The notes under the pieces are model-generated. The model saw only the letters and a program-made list of their open reading frames with translations, ran no database searches and was not told the origin of the DNA. From Halorutilales archaeon Cl-col2-1 (lineage in GTDB: Archaea > Halobacteriota > Halobacteria > Halobacteriales > Afararchaeaceae), in contig CP169074.1 in the NCBI GenBank assembly GCA_041891055.1, positions 352,001-416,000 of the forward strand: 64,000 nt of DNA. Reading direction: 5' to 3'. Positions 59,329 to 64,000 of the stretch are shown here, piece after piece. Position 1 is the stretch's first letter. Each line of letters opens with the position of its first letter. The translations under genes and the position numbers were made by a program.

Positions 59329-60158
59329 TGTCTCTCTCCGAGACGGTCTCAAGGACACGTACAGTCGCAGAACGGGAGATAGACACTGTCGTTAGGACAC
59401 GTGTCTACCTCGGTCTGATACTCGGCTTCGCGGGAGTCGTCACGGCGATAAGCTGGATCGGAGGCGGTGCGAAGAGCGGTTTCGTCCCAACAGTCGTCGA
59501 CCTCCTCACCCCTGTCGAGGTCATAGTCCCGGTTCTCGGCTTCGCCTTCGGTTACAGAACCGTGCTAGGCGACAGACGCAGAGGAGAGCTCGATCTCCTG
59601 TCGACCTATCCCATCGACCGACTTCCGTACATCGTCGGTGTCTTCGTGGGACGTGGAGTCGTACTCGCCGTCGGCACCGTCCTATCACTACTTCCCGCGG
59701 CGGTTCTCGCTTATCTCGTCTCGTCACCCGAGTCGGCTATATTCGCGTCCCACTCGGGAGCCGACTCGGTCGTACTCTACCTCAGATTCGTCGCGGTAAC
59801 CACGGCTTTCTCTCTCGTCGTCCTATCAGCCGCGATAGCCGTCTCGGCGGTCGCTAACACAGTGCGCGGGGCTGTCGTCCTCGTCGTTATACTCTTAGTC
59901 GTTCTCGTAGCCGGACTCGACCTCGGGGTTCTCGGTCTCCTAGGTCAGGGAGTCGTCTCTGAGGACGCACTCACACAGGTCTTAGCCGTGAGTCCCAACA
60001 GCGCTTACAGGGGACTTGTCCTCGAAACAGTCGTAAGCGCGGCGATGGGTGCGGAGTCGTGGAACGCCGCGTCGCCTGTTGCGAGTCTCGTGGGTTTAGT
60101 CGCCTGGCTAGTCGTGAGCCTAGGGATCGCGGTTCTTAACACTCCGAAGAGTCGGTGA
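59325..60158 (+). CDS. ABC-2 permease (NosY-like)
   Basis: About 6 TM segments, RRGELDLLSTYP, SPNSAYR. Confidence 0.85.
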   Translation: MMSLSETVSRTRTVAEREIDTVVRTRVYLGLILGFAGVVTAISWIGGGAKSGFVPTVVDLLTPVEVIVPVLGFAFGYRTVLGDRRRGELDLLSTYPIDRLPYIVGVFVGRGVVLAVGTVLSLLPAAVLAYLVSSPESAIFASHSGADSVVLYLRFVAVTTAFSLVVLSAAIAVSAVANTVRGAVVLVVILLVVLVAGLDLGVLGLLGQGVVSEDALTQVLAVSPNSAYRGLVLETVVSAAMGAESWNAASPVASLVGLVAWLVVSLGIAVLNTPKSR

Positions 60159-60227
60159 GTTGCTTCGTTTCGGATCTTAGACCATCGTATGGAACCCCAT
60201 ATATATGACGAGCGACTAAGCCGAGGC

Positions 60228-61172
60228 ATGGAAACGACACAGGTACTCGGGCTTCTCTCAGAGGACGATCCGGTCTCGGGGAAGGAGATTGCGGATGAGT
60301 TCGGGGTCTCACGTAACGCAGTCTGGAAACACATAGAACGTCTCAGGGACGCGGGCTTCGAGATAGACAGCGACCCAAAGGGGTATGTCCTGACGTCACC
60401 GGCGGAGTACGGCGACTTCGGTCTCTCGTACCACCTCAACTCCGAGACTATCGGCACCGAGATAGAGTACCGTGATGAGGTACCTTCTACGAACTCCGTC
60501 GCGTCCCAACTCGCACGTGACGGGGCTCCCGAGGGTACCGTGGTGCTCGCCGACGTACAGAGACAGGGCAAGGGAAGACGCGGCCGTGAGTGGACGAGCC
60601 CCTCCGGCGGCGTCTGGATGAGTACGGTTCTGCGTCCCGAGATACCCCCGAGGTCGGCGTCTGTGATAACTGTCGCGGCGTCGGTCGCAGTCGCGCGTGG
60701 GCTCGAAGAAGCCGGAGTTGGGCCGCGTATAAAATGGCCCAACGACGTCCTTGTCGACGGGAAGAAAATCTGTGGTATACTCGTCGAGATACAGGCTGAC
60801 GCCGAGTCGCTCGAACACGCAGTCGTCGGCATAGGCATAAACGCAAACGTCGATATCGAAGATGACGACTGGAACGCGACCTCTGTAAAGGACGAGGTCG
60901 GACACGAGGTCAACAGGGCTGAGCTCGCGGCGTCGGTTCTCGAAGAGCTTGAAGACCTCTACTCTCTCGCGTCCGACGACGGTGACAGGAAGATGGTCTT
61001 CGAGGAGTGGAAGGAGTACTCCGACACTATCGGAAGAGAGGTTCGTGTAGAGACACCAACCGAGACGATCGAGGGTGAGGCAGTCGGTGTCGACGACACA
61101 GGGGCTCTGCGCGTAGAAACGTCCGACGGCGAGAGAGTCGTTACTGCGGGCGACTGCGAACATCTCCGTTAA
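60228..61172 (+). CDS. birA: Bifunctional biotin-protein ligase / HTH repressor
   Basis: N-terminal HTH (SRNAVWKHI), STN, QRQGKGRRGREW, KWPND, KICGIL. Confidence 0.93.
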   Translation: METTQVLGLLSEDDPVSGKEIADEFGVSRNAVWKHIERLRDAGFEIDSDPKGYVLTSPAEYGDFGLSYHLNSETIGTEIEYRDEVPSTNSVASQLARDGAPEGTVVLADVQRQGKGRRGREWTSPSGGVWMSTVLRPEIPPRSASVITVAASVAVARGLEEAGVGPRIKWPNDVLVDGKKICGILVEIQADAESLEHAVVGIGINANVDIEDDDWNATSVKDEVGHEVNRAELAASVLEELEDLYSLASDDGDRKMVFEEWKEYSDTIGREVRVETPTETIEGEAVGVDDTGALRVETSDGERVVTAGDCEHLR

Positions 61173-61202
61173 TATGATGCTACTGTGACCCCAAGACAGG
61201 TC

Positions 61203-62084
61203 ATGGGAGACAGTGACAGTACGAAAACGAAAGCCGAAACTCTGCGAGAGAGTATAGAGTCGGATGGGATAGCCGTGATGCCGGGGGCGTTCGACGCCCT
61301 GTCGGCGAAGCTAGTCGAGAGAGCGGGCTTCGAGACTGTCTTCACGACGGGATTTGGAATCTCGGCGTCGGCGCTTGGCTTTCCCGATCTCGGTCTGATG
61401 ACGGCGTCGGAGAACATAGAGAGAGCTCAAAGGATAAACGACTCTGTCGGTATACCCCTCGTCGCAGACATGGACACGGGATACGGTAACGTACTCAACG
61501 TCAGGAGAACCGTCGGAGACTGCATAGACGCCGGGATCGCGGGAGTCATACTTGAGGATCAGGAGTGGCCTAAGAGATGTGGACATATGGAGGAGAAGTC
61601 TGTTGTGACGAGATCGGAACACGCCCGCAGGATAGAGGCGGCGGCGGACATACGTGACGAGAAGGAGGAGGACATCGTGATTATAGCACGTACTGACGCG
61701 AGGGAGACACACGGTCTCGACGAGGCTATACAGAGGGGAGAGGAGTACTACGAGGCAGGTGCGGATGTCGTCTTCGTCGAAGCTCCCGAGTCGGAGTACG
61801 AACTCGAACGCGTAGCCGAGATCGAAGCGCCGACACTCGCAAACATGATAGAAGGAGGCAAGACGCCCTTCCTGAGCTACGATGAACTTGAGGAGATCGG
61901 CTTCGAGATGGTCGTCTATCCTCTGTCGTCGCTCTTCACGATGACACGTGCGGTCGAAGACGCATTAGAGACACTCAAGGAAGACGGAGAGACGACTGAC
62001 GTCGACACCGTCTCTTTCGACGAGTTCAAGGACGTCGTAGGCACTGAGGAGCACCACGAGACACGCAGACAGTACGGGGAGTGA
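61203..62084 (+). CDS. Isocitrate lyase / PEP mutase family (2-methylisocitrate lyase-like)
   Basis: ADMDTGYG, EDQ, KRCGH, ARTDA; start could be 61185. Confidence 0.88.
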   Translation: MGDSDSTKTKAETLRESIESDGIAVMPGAFDALSAKLVERAGFETVFTTGFGISASALGFPDLGLMTASENIERAQRINDSVGIPLVADMDTGYGNVLNVRRTVGDCIDAGIAGVILEDQEWPKRCGHMEEKSVVTRSEHARRIEAAADIRDEKEEDIVIIARTDARETHGLDEAIQRGEEYYEAGADVVFVEAPESEYELERVAEIEAPTLANMIEGGKTPFLSYDELEEIGFEMVVYPLSSLFTMTRAVEDALETLKEDGETTDVDTVSFDEFKDVVGTEEHHETRRQYGE

Positions 62085-62138
62085 ACCCGAAGCTAAGGAC
62101 AACCTATAAATCCGTCGAGTCCTCAGCTTAGTTTGGTA

Positions 62139-63119
62139 ATGAGAGACAGACTTGTCGAGGAAACGGTTAAGCTCCTTCGACAGACGGGGTTCGACGTCAG
62201 CGACACATGTAACATACGTCCGAAGAGCTTCGACGTCGTCGCCCGCCGTTCCTCGATAGCCGTACTCGTGAAGGTACTCTCGAACATCGACGGATTCGAC
62301 TCACACACGGCGTACGAGATGAAACGTCTCTCCGACCATCTAGACGCGTCGTCGCTCATAATAGGTGAGAGGACGCGTGACGACGAGATGGAGGAAAGCG
62401 TCGTCTACCTGAGACACGGTATACCCGCGGTCAGCCTCAAGACTGCGGACGACTTCTTCCGCCACGACCTTCCACCTCTCGTCTACATGGGTCCCGGCGG
62501 TCTGTATGTCAGTCTCAACGGAGATGTTCTCTCGGAGGTTAGGAAGTCGGAGGAGATGAGCCTCGGACAGGTCGCAAGAGAGGTGGGTGTGTCACGTCGG
62601 TCGGTCTCGAAGTATGAGGACGGCATGGACGCCACTATCGACGTAGCCCTCAAGCTTGAGGAGATCTTCGATGAGGAGCTAACATCTCCGATAGACATAC
62701 TCTCGATGGAGGAAGAGAGTGAAGACGAGACAGATGGTGCCGAGGACACCGACATAGATGAGGACGAGGTGGGAGAGAAGGAGAGGGTAGTCTTTGAGAG
62801 ACTCGACTCCGCGGGCTTCCGTGTCCTACCGACATCGAAAGCACCCTTCCGAGCGGTTTCAAGCACTCGAGAGAAAGACGACGACGAGACGACTATACTC
62901 ACGGGTATCAGCCGCTACTCGAAGACTATGGTCAAACGCGCGAAGCTGATGAGTAGCATCTCGGACGTCGCAGGGTCGTCTACTGAGAGTCTTTACGTCG
63001 TCGAGACATCCGAACGTGAGTCGATAGACGACACCGCCGTACTCGAACGTGAGGAGCTAGAGGAGATCAGGGGTTCGGACGAGCTCCTGGAGGACGTCTA
63101 CGAGAGAAAGACGGCGTGA
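62139..63119 (+). CDS. Conserved archaeal Cro/C1-HTH transcriptional regulator
   Basis: RPKSFD, VVYLRHG, GPGGLYV, GVSRRSVSKYE. Confidence 0.88.
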   Translation: MRDRLVEETVKLLRQTGFDVSDTCNIRPKSFDVVARRSSIAVLVKVLSNIDGFDSHTAYEMKRLSDHLDASSLIIGERTRDDEMEESVVYLRHGIPAVSLKTADDFFRHDLPPLVYMGPGGLYVSLNGDVLSEVRKSEEMSLGQVAREVGVSRRSVSKYEDGMDATIDVALKLEEIFDEELTSPIDILSMEEESEDETDGAEDTDIDEDEVGEKERVVFERLDSAGFRVLPTSKAPFRAVSSTREKDDDETTILTGISRYSKTMVKRAKLMSSISDVAGSSTESLYVVETSERESIDDTAVLEREELEEIRGSDELLEDVYERKTA

Positions 63120-63142
63120 GCTGAAGCCGATCCGTAATTACC

Positions 63143-63388
63143 TCACGCGTAACCGTAAGTCTCTTCGAGGTACTCGATTATCTCAGAGCTCTCGTTCATG
63201 CCGTCGACGCCGTGTTCTTCGTCGACTATCACCGGAACCTGTCTCTGACCCGAGATCTCCTCGACCTCGTCGCGTTCGGAGGTCTTCCACGAGACTTCGA
63301 CTGTCTCGTACTCCAAGCCGAGTTCGTCTAGCTTCTCGCGTACCTTGATACAGAACGGGCACGTCTCAAGCTGGTAGAGCTTTATCAT
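63143..63388 (-). CDS. Glutaredoxin / GST N-terminal domain protein
   Basis: CPFC, QVPV, ESSEIIEYL. Confidence 0.9.
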   Translation of the reverse strand: MIKLYQLETCPFCIKVREKLDELGLEYETVEVSWKTSERDEVEEISGQRQVPVIVDEEHGVDGMNESSEIIEYLEETYGYA

Positions 63389-64000
63389 CTAATCCTCCAT
63401 CTTGTACTCTTCGACCTCGTGGGGATCGTATCCAAGCTCTTCGAGGTACTTCTTGTAGTCCCTCTCACACGCTTCTGCCATTCTCTGTCTCTCACTCGCC
63501 TTGTCCGCCATCTGGGCGACGTCCTCGGGTATCTCCCCCTCGTGGACTATGAGATGGTTCATCAGGTCGGCTATCCGGCGTATAGGAGACGTGAAATGTC
63601 CGTATATGTCGAAGTTGAGAGCGTAATGTCCTCCGAATGGGTCGCTCATGTACTTCGCTCGGGGCATGACCTTGAGGACTGCTCTCTGTATCTTCCTGAG
63701 TGCGTCCTCGTCGGCGTCCTCTATCGCTGCGTTGACGGCGATACGTGGCTCGTCCCAGTGCTCCGCGGGTATGCTGACGCCGTCGAGATCCTGTATCTCC
63801 TGTAGAGCCTCAGCCCATTTGTCCTCGCTCGGCTGGGGATGGACACGGTAGACAGCCTCGACTCCCCTGTCCCACATAAGCTCGTATGTCACCGCACGGT
63901 TCGCCTTGAGCATACACTCCTCGACTATCGTGTGTGCGCGGTCTCTCTTGGGGTTGAGGACGAGCGATCCCTGTTCCTTCCTCGACTCGTGGAGCCTGTC
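63389..64000 (-). CDS. RNase II/R (RNB domain) family, 3' part
   Basis: EECMLKAN, YRVHP, GHYAL, HFTSPIRR; ORF is open to the window edge. Confidence 0.9.
   Translation of the reverse strand, partial: DRLHESRKEQGSLVLNPKRDRAHTIVEECMLKANRAVTYELMWDRGVEAVYRVHPQPSEDKWAEALQEIQDLDGVSIPAEHWDEPRIAVNAAIEDADEDALRKIQRAVLKVMPRAKYMSDPFGGHYALNFDIYGHFTSPIRRIADLMNHLIVHEGEIPEDVAQMADKASERQRMAEACERDYKKYLEELGYDPHEVEEYKMED

Overview
A 64-kb chromosomal window from an extremely halophilic archaeon (class Halobacteria), inferred from the strongly acidic proteins, archaeal PAN/AlaS/MvaD/GGR genes and mostly leaderless genes. It is mainly housekeeping and metabolic genes. Two tRNA genes (Ala-GGC, Glu-TTC) are each followed by visibly more A/T-rich accessory DNA with no integrase. 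The mre11-rad50-nurA and herA DNA-repair genes are separated by a VapBC pair and a type IIG restriction-modification gene that is frameshifted exactly at its NPPY motif. The most unusual signal is a family of short DNA hairpins lying outside all long genes: 7-9 bp stems of variable sequence, a C-NNN-G triloop and short conserved linkers. They form an 8-unit tandem array (about 24-25 nt period) starting inside the 3' end of tRNA-Glu, and recur at eight other sites, REP/BIME-like, with no cognate transposase in the window. Other notable items are a 17-bp terminal inverted repeat pair around a histidine kinase gene, an unannotated C2H2 zinc-finger microprotein, a uORF coupled to mvaD, and 10-bp phased repeats in a divergent promoter. 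Product calls rest on recognising motifs by eye; no database search was run.
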